DNA of 64,000 nt from Takakia lepidozioides (taxonomy: Eukaryota > Plantae > Bryophyta). Positions 26,690 to 38,128 of this stretch are shown piece by piece. Position numbers and translations under genes: made by a program. Below the pieces are notes generated by a model. It saw only the letters and a list, made by a program, of their open reading frames with translations. It was not told the DNA's origin and did no database searches. Positions within the stretch are counted from its first letter, which is position 1. Every line of letters starts with the position of its first letter. The stretch spans positions 67,146,001 through 67,210,000 of the forward strand of contig CM060733.1 in NCBI GenBank assembly GCA_030704615.1. Direction: 5' to 3'.

Positions 26690-27820
26690 GAAGCCGGCAC
26701 CGTGCCGTCACATTACTACCCCCGAATGGAAATTCGACACCGAATATCCAACCAGGGCCGCCCGGATGAAGTTGCCTCGGGCGGAGAGGCCGGCACGTGT
26801 CCGACAGAGAGCATCCCCTAGATGGAGATTCGGCGCCGAATTTCCATCCGGGCCCCCCCAAAGGAAGTCGTGTCGGGGGGTCAGGCCGAAAACTGGTCGA
26901 CATAAAAACCTCCCCGGATGGAAAAACGGCGCCGAATTTCCATCCGGGGCCGTTCGGATGCAGTCGGGGAGGGGGGAGAGGCTGGCACCTGGCCGTCACA
27001 TTTCAACCCCCGGACGGAAATTCGGCACCGAATATCCAACAGGGGACGCCCGGATGAAGTCGCCTCGGGCGGAGAGGCCGGCACGTGTCCGACAGAGAGC
27101 ATCCCCTAGATGGAGATTCGGAGCCGAATTTCCATCCGGGCCCCCCCAAAGGAAGTCGTGTCGGGGGGTCAGGCCGAAAACTGGTCGACATAAAAACCTT
27201 CCCGGATGGAAAAACGGCGCCGAATTTCCATCCGGGGCCGTTCGGATGCAATCGGGGAGGGGGAGAGGCCGGCACCTGGCCGTCACATTTCAACCCCCGG
27301 ACGGAAATTCGGCACCGAATATCCAACAGGGGACGCCCGGATGAAGTCGCCTCGGGCGGAGAGGCCGGCACGTGTCCGACAGAGAGCATCCCCTGGATGG
27401 AGATTCGGCGCCGAATTTCCATTCAAGCCCCCCCAAAGGAAGTCGTGTCGGGGGGTCAGGCCGAAAACTGGTCGACATAAAAACCTTCCCGGATGGAAAA
27501 ACGGCGCCGAATTTCCATCCGGGGCCGTTCGGATGCAGTCGGGGAGGGGGGAGAGGCCGGCACCTTGCCGTCACATTTCAACCCCCGGACGGAAATTCGG
27601 CACCAAATATCCAACAGGGGACGCCCAGATGAAGTCGCCCCGGGCGGAGAGGACGGCACCTGTCCAACAGAGAGCATCCCCCGGATGGAAATTCGTCGCC
27701 GAATTTCCATCCAGACCCCATCAAAGGAAGTCCGGTTGGGTGGTGAGGCCGAAAACTGGACGATATAAAAACCTCCCAAGATGGAAAAACGGCGACGAAT
27801 TTCCGTCCGGGGCCATTCCG
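26690..27820. repeat. ~288-bp tandem repeat (about 4 units), each with three GGAAATTCGGCRCCGAATTTCC-type palindromes
   Basis: CCGTCACATT recurs at 26705, 26993, 27280 and 27568. Confidence 0.92.
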
Positions 27821-27929
27821 ATTTCCCTCTAGCAGTCGAGGAGTCCATGAAAAACGTGTCTAAAAGTGGACTTCAGCCACAAAACTAACAGTTTACTGTG
27901 TATTTCTCCGAAAAACCAAGCGGCCACGC

Positions 27930-28860
27930 TCAGAATTACCTGCAGGATGGTAATTCGGCATTTAGACTTACCTGGTGGATGGAAATTCGGCGCCGAATTT
28001 CCATCCATCCGGGCTCCGAATTATCTGCATGACGGAAATTCGGCGCTTGAAATTACCTACAGGATGGAAATTCGGCGCCGAATTTCCATCCTGCGGCACT
28101 CCGAATTACCTGCATGACAAAAATTTGGCGCGCCGCCCTACCTGGCGGATGGAAATCCGGCGCCGGATTTCCATCCATCCGCGCGCAGAATTACCTACGT
28201 GACGGAAATTCCGCGCGCCGCCCTAGCTGGCGGATGGAAATCCGGCGCCGGATTTCCATCCATCCGGCTCCGAATTACCAGCGTGATGAAAATTTGGCGC
28301 GCCGCCCTACCTGGCGGATGGAAATCCGGCGCCGGATTTCCATCCATCCGCGGGTAGAATTACCTGCGTGACGGAAATTTTGCGCGCCACCCTACCTGGC
28401 GGATGGAAATCCGGCGCCGGATTTCCATCCATCCGGCTCCGAATTACCAGCATGACGAAAATTTGGCGCACCGCCCTACCTGTCGGATGGAAATCCGGCG
28501 CCGGATTTCCATCCATCCGCGCGCAGAATTACCTGCGTGACGGAAATTTCGCGCGCCGCCCTACCTGGCAAATGGAAATCCGGCGCCGGATTTCCATCCA
28601 TCCGGCTCCGAATTACCAGCATGACGAAAATTTGGCGCGCCGCCCTACCTGGCGGATGGAAATCCGGCGCCGGATTTCCATCCATCCGCGCGCAGAATTA
28701 CCTACGTGACAGAAATTTCGCGCGCCGCCCTATCTGGCGGATGGAAATCCGGCGCCGGATTTCCATTTATCCGCGCTCTGAATTATCTGCAGGATGAAAA
28801 TTCGGCGCCGGATTCCCATCCTGCCGCGCTCCGAATTACCTCTACGATGGAAATTCGGGG
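27930..28860. repeat. ~85-bp tandem repeat (169-bp dimer), about 11 units, with 30-bp perfect palindrome GGATGGAAATCCGGCGCCGGATTTCCATCC
   Basis: Palindrome at ~28147, 28232, 28316, 28401, 28485, 28654, 28739 and others. Confidence 0.95.
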
Positions 28861-31444
28861 CCGAGTTGAAGCCATGATGGAATTCTTCACGGTTGTGAGC
28901 ACGGATTGCAAGAGCACTCGAGGGGGGGGGTTGAGGTGGAGAGAGCTTGCGATATGATTCTCCTCGACATTCCAGATGGGGAGCTGCTGGAGGGCCTGGA
29001 TGGTGTGCCCACCTGGAACAGGTTTACTGAGGACTACTGGAAAGCCGGGTTTGGGCTGGCGGGGATGCTCTTGGATGACGGTGGATGTGTGGTTGTCCTT
29101 GCCACAAGAGGGAAGACCACAGAGAATGCGGTGGCAAGATGGACACCGAAAAGTGTCACCCCGGTCCTCCTCAGAAAATGGTTCTGCATCAATACACAGG
29201 GGTTACGAATAGAGGGCCAAAGTGTAAGTTATCAATCTATTGCATTCACCTCATATTGTGGTGTATCTAAACTAGATCCCGGAGTTGATCCCTCTTTTGT
29301 TGGATGTGCAGACATTGGTGTTTGAGGCATATTGCTTTGTGAAGAGAGGGTCTACGTTCAAATTCCGCAACGACGGTCGTCTTGTTGATGCCGTTGTGGA
29401 CCCTGTTACCTACGATGTCCTCTACAACTATGTGCCCCACTCCAGTATGCCGAAGGACACAAAGACAGGCAAACCGTGGCGGTACAGCCGGACCCGGAGC
29501 CCTGCTTTCATCCAAACCCTCATGGAGACGTGCACTACAACAAATTGCGGCTTTTACGTCTTTGTGTTATGACTGCAAATGCAGTCATGGAAGCCATTTA
29601 CGACTTCCTGACTCTGCAGACGTAAAGACCTAGTCAGTTGTGACATGGCAGATATGACTCTCCAGGCTGGCTGTCACGTGGCGCCAGAGCAGCTGTGGGG
29701 GTAGTCATACACGCTGGCTTTACTGAATGACTGAACGGACAGTGTAGTCCATGTCAGCGGCTGTGCAAGAGTGGCACGTGCTCGATGCAGGAAATGACAC
29801 GTGGCAGAGTGTTTAGCTCTCCATGAGTGCGAACTATGACTACGGGTGTACTAATCCGGTTGCAACACGTGGCGCGTTGCAGTTTTTACACGTGGTCCAT
29901 CAGCAGATTGACATGTGTCATGATGGGTGTTTTTTTGGGGTGTATTGCTATTTTTTTACATATTTGTATTTCTGCCACGTGGTGTAGTACTATTGGAGAG
30001 TGAAAATAGGTGTAGTCATTATTATGACTATGATAGTAGTCATGTACATGTCTATTACAACAATGAAATATAATATATAATACAAAGAGAACAAGGCAGC
30101 AAGACATAACTGCAACAAGCTGAGCAAAACCAAGAGATTGCATACCATCTCTATTTACCAATCTATTTATCATTATCATTTTTGTTGCGATCTAAAAATA
30201 CATTAAATAGTCGCATGTTCTCATGTGAATTATTTTGTCTAACTATAACACTTTGAAAAGTGTTCACCCAGAATCTTCTAACTACTCATGTATTCCATCA
30301 ATCTGCAACCCATAAAAAACGGCTTGCATGGCTTTAAGAATTACTACAGCAAGGACATTTGTTTGTTTTCCAAGTTCTTGCATAAGATGCACCAACCAAT
30401 ATTGCATTGTGAGACACTCACTCGCTATACTCCAAAGCGTCCAGGGAAGGTCACTGAGCAACCTGCCAAGGCGGAAACAATTAAGAGAATTATCTAATAC
30501 CATATATGAAAAACCAATGCCAGTGTTGTTTATGGTAACTTCTATCCCATGTCCTAAACAAACCAAAGCAAAAAGGTTGGTGTGTATTGGCGAAGTCGTC
30601 AGATACTTCACAAAGAAACATGCACTAAAAATGAAACCCAGGATGATAGGAAGGTCACTCACGTTTATACAAAGACATCTTGCCCATTGCCCAGCACCCT
30701 GCGTCACCCACACTCTATCTCTATTCCTTCAGCTATCCATGCCTCTGCACAAATCAAGCATTCATCCTTGCCTTGCTGCTAGCAGCTGACAATGACAGCC
30801 TACATTTGTTCTAGGAAACACCCAACTCAGCGTAGCACACTAGTTCCTATGCTGAATTGTGTCTGCTACTCTCTGAAATGTAGCAGGCATTCACCTTTCT
30901 GCCCCGGTTGACCCATCAGTGACTGGGCTCAGATAAGTATTCATTCCACAGCTTCTCCTCATCTCTGTTACCTATTTTTTGACACTTTCCTATTGTCACA
31001 TTGGCAGTATCATGTCAAAGTCACTCCAAACTAGATTCACTCAACCAGCTAACTTGCAGAATTGAACATGTAAATTTAGGGCCGATTCTGATAAGAGGGA
31101 AAAATAGGGTGAAATGTGTTGAAGAAGATGCCTTCATTAGCAGTGCCTGATTTTATCACTTGTGCCGCTGCTCCCAGTTGACCATCTACCCATGCAGGTT
31201 TCTTAGCTATTGATCCACAGGGAATCACAGGTAATCTTGTGCTTGAAATCTGGCCTTCTTGGATGAATCTGGACCCACACGAAATCCCTGCTCCTTCAGC
31301 TATCCATGCCTCTGCACAAATCATGCATACATCCTCGCCTTGCTGCTAGCAGCTGACAATGACAGCCTAGAATTGTCAAAGCAAACACTAGCAGGGAAAA
31401 CAGGGTGAAATATGTTGAAGAAGGTACCTTCATCCTTTTCTCCA

Positions 31445-31910
31445 TCATTTGCTTTCAGGTGTCCAAAGCCCCATCCCGCGCTCCTGCTCTGCACACCCTT
31501 CAAGCATCGCATTCCACGACACCACATCTAGTTCAGCCATAGTGTTGAACACTCCCTTGGCATCCTCAATGCTCCCACATTTAGCATACATGGCCACCAG
31601 AGCCATGTTCATGATGACATCTGGTACAATTGCAGATTTGATGATGTCACCAGGGATCTCTTTGCCCTTTTCCAGGGCTGCAGACGCACTGCAAACGCAC
31701 ACAAACGTTATGTCGGCGGCCTTCACCCCTTCCCCCATCATTTTCTCAAAGGTTGGAGCCTCCATCCCGCACCCCAGCTGTGCATACCCAGCAAGCATCA
31801 CACTCCACGACACCACATCTCGTTCAGCCACAGTGTTGAACACTCCCTTTGCATCCTCAATGCACCCACAATTGGCGTACATGTCCACCAGGGCAGGGGC
31901 AGTGTTCAAA
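31445..31910 (-). pseudogene. Captured PLS-class PPR fragment inside the Pack-CACTA
   Basis: ALVDMYANCGCIEDAKGVFNTVAERDVVSWSVMLAGYAQLG...ALVAMYAKCGSIEDAKGVF...DVVSWNAML. Confidence 0.92.
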
Positions 31911-32728
31911 AGGACATGTGGTAATTTGACAGGCATTCACCTCCTGACTTGGCTATTCCCAACCCATCCTGCCATTGGCAAGAGATTCCACAGAAACTGA
32001 TAGTTGTCTGTTTGACTGTATAACTATGTATCTCTTGCTTTCTTACAGCTTGTACTGTGACACGCGTAATGCTCTTGTTGTGTTGAATCATTTCACGCCT
32101 TCAGGTTTCAGAACAAACATTACCGTCTTTCTTTATCAGACATGTGCACCAAGACAGAATCTCACCAAAAGATTGTTGGTGTTCAACAGTACCATACATG
32201 AAGATAACTAGCACCAAAAGGGCATATGAAGCTTATTCTGCTCTCCACTGGTATTAACTTGCACCAGGACTTTCAATGGCTGTCTTCCAGTCCACCCACC
32301 GCCCGCTGTAAATGGCTTGCAACCTACAGATTTTCAAGAGAGCTGATTACCATGAAAATTTCAAAACTGGCTTTACAAACCTAATAATTCAAGCATAATC
32401 AGCATTCAAGCTAAGGAAGCTTTATAAGCATCGTGTTGCGAGTAAAGCCTTGGCAATGTCACCAGGAAATCCCCGGCTGAATGGATGACACTGAAATAAT
32501 GGAGCTTGAAATCCGGCCCTCTTGGATGAATTTGGGCCCACACTCTATCCCTGCTCCTTCAGCTATCTATGCCTCTGCACAAAATCCTTCAGCTATCTAT
32601 GCATACATCCTTGCCTTCCTGCTAGCAGCTGACAATGACAGCCTAGAATTGTTCCAGCAAACACCCCCAACCCTACTTATCAACGAGCAATGAGCTAACT
32701 TACAAAATTCAATATGCATCTCAGGGCG

Positions 32729-33585
32729 TCTGATGAGAGGGCAAAACATGCTGAAATAGGTCGAAGAAGAAGGTGCCCTCACCACACTGTCCTTGACCTT
32801 GTGTCATGACCCATGGAGGATTTGACCTTGTGTGTGATGCTTGTGTCTGTAGTCAGGTAATGTCGGATTGGTCAATGAGAACCTGCACCACAGTGCAGCA
32901 GACTTTGAAACACGATTTGCTAAGACCAAGCTGACTCTCCCAAGAACCTTGTAAACATCAGGAAGAATATCAAATCATGGTACTAATAGGAGCCAACAAC
33001 CCACATTTGCAGGATGGACAAAATTCTGCACATCGTACATTAAAAAAAAAACCACACCTTGCAATTGCGGTCGCACCCTCGTGAAGGATCTTAAAAAAAC
33101 TCATGCCAGCTCTGCTCCATGATTCAAATTCAGGGCCGAGTCTGATGAGAGGGCAAAATAGGCTGAAATAGGTCGAAGAAGAAGGTGCCCTCACCACATT
33201 GTCCTCGACCTTGTGTCATGACCCATGGAGGATTTGACTGAACATGAACCCAAGATGACCTCTAGTGTGTGCTGCTTGTGTCTGTAGTTAGGTAATGTCG
33301 GATTGGTCAGTGAGAACCACCACGGTGCAGCTGAGTGGGCAGAGATTGAAACACAGCCTACTAAGACCAAGCTAACTCTCCCAAGAACCTTGTAAACATC
33401 AGGAAGAATACCAAATCATGGTACTAACAGGAGAGCCAACCCACATTTGCAGGATGGACAAACTTCTTCACATCGTACATTAAGAAAAAGCCACACCTTG
33501 CGATTGCGGTTGTCCCACCATCGTGAAGGATCTTTTAGAAACTCATGCCAGCTCTGCTCCGTGCTGTAAAATCAGGGCCGAGCGG
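32729..33585. repeat. ~410-440 bp tandem duplication inside the Pack-CACTA
   Basis: TCTGATGAGAGGGCAAAA...GGTGCCCTCACCAC starts at 32729 and 33141, with colinear downstream sequence. Confidence 0.85.
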
Positions 33586-33884
33586 GTAGAGATTGAAACA
33601 CGGCCTGCTAAGACGAAGCTGACTCTCCCAAGAACGGCGGGCTCCCAGCCGAAACCTCCTCGCACACATACCCTAGCGTTTCTAGGGTTGCTTGCTCCAG
33701 ATGCGAAGGTTGATCCAACTGCGGGCCTCCCATGCATGTTTGCCCTCTCTCCCGCTCGCTCGCTCTAAGTCCCAACCCCCTCTCTCTCTCCCTCCCGCTC
33801 GCTCTAAGTCTGTTCACGCTACTGTGATGGGCAACTTTTTAAGTTTTTTAAGCTTTTTGTAAACCCTAAAAGCCCCTTTTTGAT

Positions 33885-34095
33885 TTTTTTTCTTTTTTTT
33901 TTTCTTAAAGGAAACCACAAGCCCTTGAGGAGGGGGAAAATTCACCCGCCTTCATTTATGGGCCATAAGACCTACAGGACGATCAACGTCAAGACATACC
34001 GTCTCGAACAATCCCACACACGGGATAAGGGCAGCGGGTTTGAACCCCAAACCACAAGGGCGACACACTGTGCACTTACCAGCCGATGTGATTTT
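33885..34095 (-). mobile_element. Possible tRNA-derived SINE
   Basis: About 200 bp between T-runs; the minus strand has A-box-like GGCTGGTAAG, B-box GGTTCAAACC at tRNA-like spacing, and an A-rich 3' tail. Confidence 0.5.
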
Positions 34096-35666
34096 TTTTA
34101 AATCTTTGTTTTTTTTGGGTTTTTTTAATTCATTCTAGTGGTAAGAGTCTCCGTTTTTTTAAAGATATAAATACTCATATATTATATATATAACCAGAAA
34201 AGCATGTGTCGACACGTGTAGTCATGTAGTGATTCATCCATGTGATGATCTGGCATAATGCATTAGAGTGAGAGTCATGAAGTCATATGTCTGTCTTGCA
34301 ATATGCACACGTCATTCTAGTGTAGCCATGACCGTGACTGGTAGTCATATCTGCCATGCCAATATTCGTGGTCAAACATGTTTGACCTGTGTTGCGCAGA
34401 GTCCGAAGCCATGCAGTCGCATATACGCCTTCTCCAGACCTGCATTATGACTTCAAAAGCATTTTACGACTGCAAATGGCATTTCTGCCACAAATCTGTC
34501 ATGACTACGCACCCATGGGAGTCATAAAAGCCGCAATCTGTTGTAGTGGTGCTCGGATGTCCAAGGGCGGATTCTGGACCTACAGTGCATGGGATAAGCC
34601 TTCACGTGCTCAGTTTGTCCCCTGGCCGATTGCAATTGCATGCCGCAAGCTATATACCGCCCACTTTGTTCCTCAGGTGCTCAATGTGGCAGGGACGTTG
34701 TCCGACAGGCATGTGTTCGCCTTCGAGCCAGATACTGCCCTCCCAAACTTGGAAACTTGCAGCGGCTGAACGTGCCAAAAGAGGAAGAGGCAATCCGCGG
34801 AGGATGAGGAAAAAAAATCCACAAAGGAGCAGGGGGAGGAACAAGTTGGGATCAAGGCCGAGGAGCCCCGGTTGTCGAGTGAGAGTGGTCGCATTGTAAG
34901 TTGCCTCCAGATTTCGTGAGGCACCTCCTTCGCTCCTTTTTATTGAAAACCCTTTCTGCTTCTGCTGGTATTGACATTCTTGAAGTGGATTTGTTCTTAC
35001 TGTAGTATGGTGCCAAGTTACGGCAGGAGGGACGTCTACACCGGAGTTCATGGGCAGGAGGAACGTGCCTTTTTTGCCAGGGGGGATTTCATGCCTAGTC
35101 CAGAAAGGACTACTCCCTTCTACTTATGCTGCCCGGCTTGCTTCGGTGTCCATTAGGAGGTGTTCCGAACCTAGTCGTGTACAGCAAATTTTTAGACGAG
35201 GCAGCCTCACGGCAAATGAGATGGGGAGGAGGCAGCAGCTATTAGAGCCCGTCGGGCTCCGTAGATTTGTCTTGGATTCTGCTGAGGAAAGTGGGGGGAG
35301 GGAGAAGAGGCAGAAGATTCCGGAGGGTGAGGTGGACAGCCCCAAGGAGAGGACGGCATTTTTGAGAGGCATACTGCAACCGATCACAGAGATCGGATGG
35401 GAGGATGGGGGGGATGAGGGGGATGAGGAAGAAGAAGGAGGGCCAAGTTCCTCGGAAGGTGTGTAGGAGAGTAGTTCCCATTCCTGCTATGACAGTTAGG
35501 ACACACTTGTATAGACGTGGCTTGCCACCAAAAATTTGCAATAAAATGTTGCATTTCATTGCTATGACGAGTCCACATGACCCTATTTCCGTGCCTCCTA
35601 ACCCTATTTCCGTGGACAGACAATGGCCCGCTCATTTGCTTTTTTTTTCCCGCTCATGCTCATGCC

Positions 35667-35687
35667 GCTCATGAAATAGCAGCCCCC
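35667..35687 (+). repeat. Internal GGGGG-type terminal repeat of the MULE-like family
   Basis: GCTCATGAAATAGCAGCCCCC, identical to 9354-9374 and 54982-55002. Confidence 0.9.
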
Positions 35688-35990
35688 CATGTCTTGGGGT
35701 ACTTGCAAATGCAAAAGAGTGAAGCTGCAATATGTTTTGTCATGCCCAAGAAGATTACTTGGTTGCATGCTTGAAATCTGATAGATTGCAGGCTGGTTCA
35801 TCAAGGTGCTTGTAAGAAATAATCCTGAATCGGTAGTAGGGCAGACTGTTCTTACCTACCCAAGGAGCCTTGCATGATGCATGTCTTGGGTTACTTACAA
35901 ATGGTAAAGAGTGAGGCTGCATTATGTTTTGTAATGCCCAAGAGGATTAATTGGTTGCATGCTTGGAATCTGATAAACTACAGGCTGGTC
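35688..35990 (-). repeat. Inverted piece of repeat family C
   Basis: Reverse complement matches ~63175-63478. Confidence 0.85.
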
Positions 35991-37567
35991 TTGTGCCAAG
36001 TGCATCATGGCTGAAGCCTTTCAGCTTGAACTCAGCTGTCAATCCAGCCACTTTCTGACCCTTGTGCTCAATCATGATGGTGTCATCTCCCGTTGGGTGG
36101 AGTCCCAATTCCTCACCATGGGCACCAGCCTTGCGCTCATGATTACTGTCAACATACTTCATTTCCATCAATCCTTGAAGGTCTGAATCACACAAAGGGG
36201 CTTGGTTGCATCCTCGTGTCTGCCCCTCACCTGGATCAGCATTGGCTTCCACCAAAAACTAACCAAACACAAGAATAAAACTATCAGAAAAGGCAAACAT
36301 GGCTTAATTACATACGTAACAGAGAGTATATGGCACTGGAGAGACACCTTAGTTGGACGAAGGTTGAAAAGAGGGGCTGAATTGGGGTCATGAATTCCAT
36401 TTTTTGCCCTGAATAATGATGTGATATGCCTTCAAGCACTATGACAATTGATGTCGACTCCGCAAGATGACATCGTAACAAGTTCTTCTCATGCACCTTT
36501 GGGGATCGAAGGTTACTGATGTTCTTAAGGTTCTGAAAATATTTTTCATGATTTAAACCACATTTGGCAGCCGGAGGTGCCGGTTGCGTAAATATGACAT
36601 TGATTTTTTATAGTATAATGCTGCGCTTGAAAGCACGTTTGGTAGATTTATATCCGAAATAATATTCAAAAAACAGGTAGTGACTGTACAGTGGTCGACT
36701 ACAATTGGCATTCGAAGGTCGATTTTGCTGAACGAAATATCGTTAGCCCTTCCAACAATAGGAAGCTGGATGATTTTGGATAACATAAACAAATTTTAAC
36801 AGTAGTGTACATTGGTCGACTACAGTTGCCATTTGAAGGTCAATTTTGCTAAATTGATTATCCTAAACCCTTCCAACAATAGGAAGCTGGATGATTTTGG
36901 ACAACATAAACAGAATTTAAAAGTTTTAACCAGACAACATTTTACCAACATAAGACATAGATATGAACATACATTGGTTTGCTCCAATTACGGTTGGAGG
37001 AGCTCTTGTTGAAAGGGATTTCCAAATTCCATACCATCTTACTTGGAGGTGGCAGATAGGTATAGAAGTGTTTTCATTTCTGGTAAATGCATAGCAAAAT
37101 TCTTAACGACCTTAGGCAGTTGGAGGTGGGATATGTTAATATTAATAGTTCAATAACATAAGGCAGTATTGCTAACTATCATTGACAAATGCGCACGGCA
37201 ACAAATGTGATCCACCTATTTAAATTCATAAAGAACATGTTTAATCGTTCAAGACAATCTCTACATGGATTATTCAAGGAGGATAATTCTAGTAAACAAT
37301 TTTAAGTTGACAGTCTTTGTATTTCATTAAACAATAAAACATGAAGAACGGTTCAGGTCATGCACATATACAACCCAAAAATAAAAAACAACAATGACCC
37401 AAGGGTCTGCAATGACACAGGCACTCCATAGAACTATGCACAGCTGCTGCTTGTTGTCACAACTGCGATACTGCTATGTCCCCATGAACTAGCCTCAACT
37501 AAACGAATGAGATCGTTTTTTAGTTAAACCACAGCCGTGTACCAAAGTAGTGCAGCCGTATGTAGTC

Positions 37568-38128
37568 TCAGTGAAGCCACCCTGTGCTCTCTCGCAATGC
37601 CTCTTTCATCCGATTGCCCCTCGTTCTCTCAAAATTAAGATCCACGGAACTGCTTTCATGCTGCAGCATCTGTTCGAATTGAATGGCCCGGCGTTCATGC
37701 TCTGCTGCAAACCTTGACCTGCTCTGACCCTCCGTGTGCAGACGCCTGTTCTCAGCTCTAAAGTGCAGGATTAGGTCCTTTTGGTATGCAATGAAGGCCA
37801 TCTGACGAAGACCGAGTTGAGCAGCACGGCTATTCTCATGTTCACAAATCTCCTTGTTCAAGTCGTGCAGTTGGACGCATAGACCCTCAACGTCCACCAC
37901 AATATTCTTGTAATTACACAAGAGGTGGATCAAATCCCCGTAAGAGCCGTCGTTCGTGTCACGTTCACAGTAGCGCTCTACCTCTTTCAGGATTCTATCG
38001 AACCCCTCGCGGATAGTTGCGGTCGTAGAAATGATACAGCTTCTCAGAGTTAACGCATTTTGTTTCAACTCCTCTACATAACTCCTGCCATCAATCTCAA
38101 CAAGAGAGGATGAGCTCAATGAGCCCAT
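37568..38128 (-). CDS. Coiled-coil hypothetical protein (about 186 aa from MGSLSS), probably TE-borne
   Basis: Open frame with heptad-like composition, preceded by a CT-rich leader; degenerate paralog at 40680-41320. Confidence 0.45.
   Translation of the reverse strand: MGSLSSSSLVEIDGRSYVEELKQNALTLRSCIISTTATIREGFDRILKEVERYCERDTNDGSYGDLIHLLCNYKNIVVDVEGLCVQLHDLNKEICEHENSRAAQLGLRQMAFIAYQKDLILHFRAENRRLHTEGQSRSRFAAEHERRAIQFEQMLQHESSSVDLNFERTRGNRMKEALRESTGWLH

Larger units (their letters stand above)
29533..34548. mobile_element. Non-autonomous Pack-CACTA element (5016 bp), TSD GTG
   Basis: CACTACAACAAATTGCGGCTTTTA at 29533 and TAAAAGCCGCAATCTGTTGTAGTG ending at 34548; GTG on both sides; the interrupted MTase frame resumes after it; no transposase seen inside. 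Confidence 0.93.
28930..35466 (+). pseudogene. Second, divergent copy of the TE amino-methyltransferase gene (MTase and C-terminal exons), split by a CACTA insertion
   Basis: ACDMILLDIPDG...WNRF.EDYWKAGF...KWFCINT (28945-29222); RYSRTRSPAFIQTLMET| CACTA |CSDVQGRILDLQC; SMW..TLSDRHVFAFEPD (~34680-34735); RRNVPF...(35050-35466). Colinear with 49720-51230. Confidence 0.8.
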
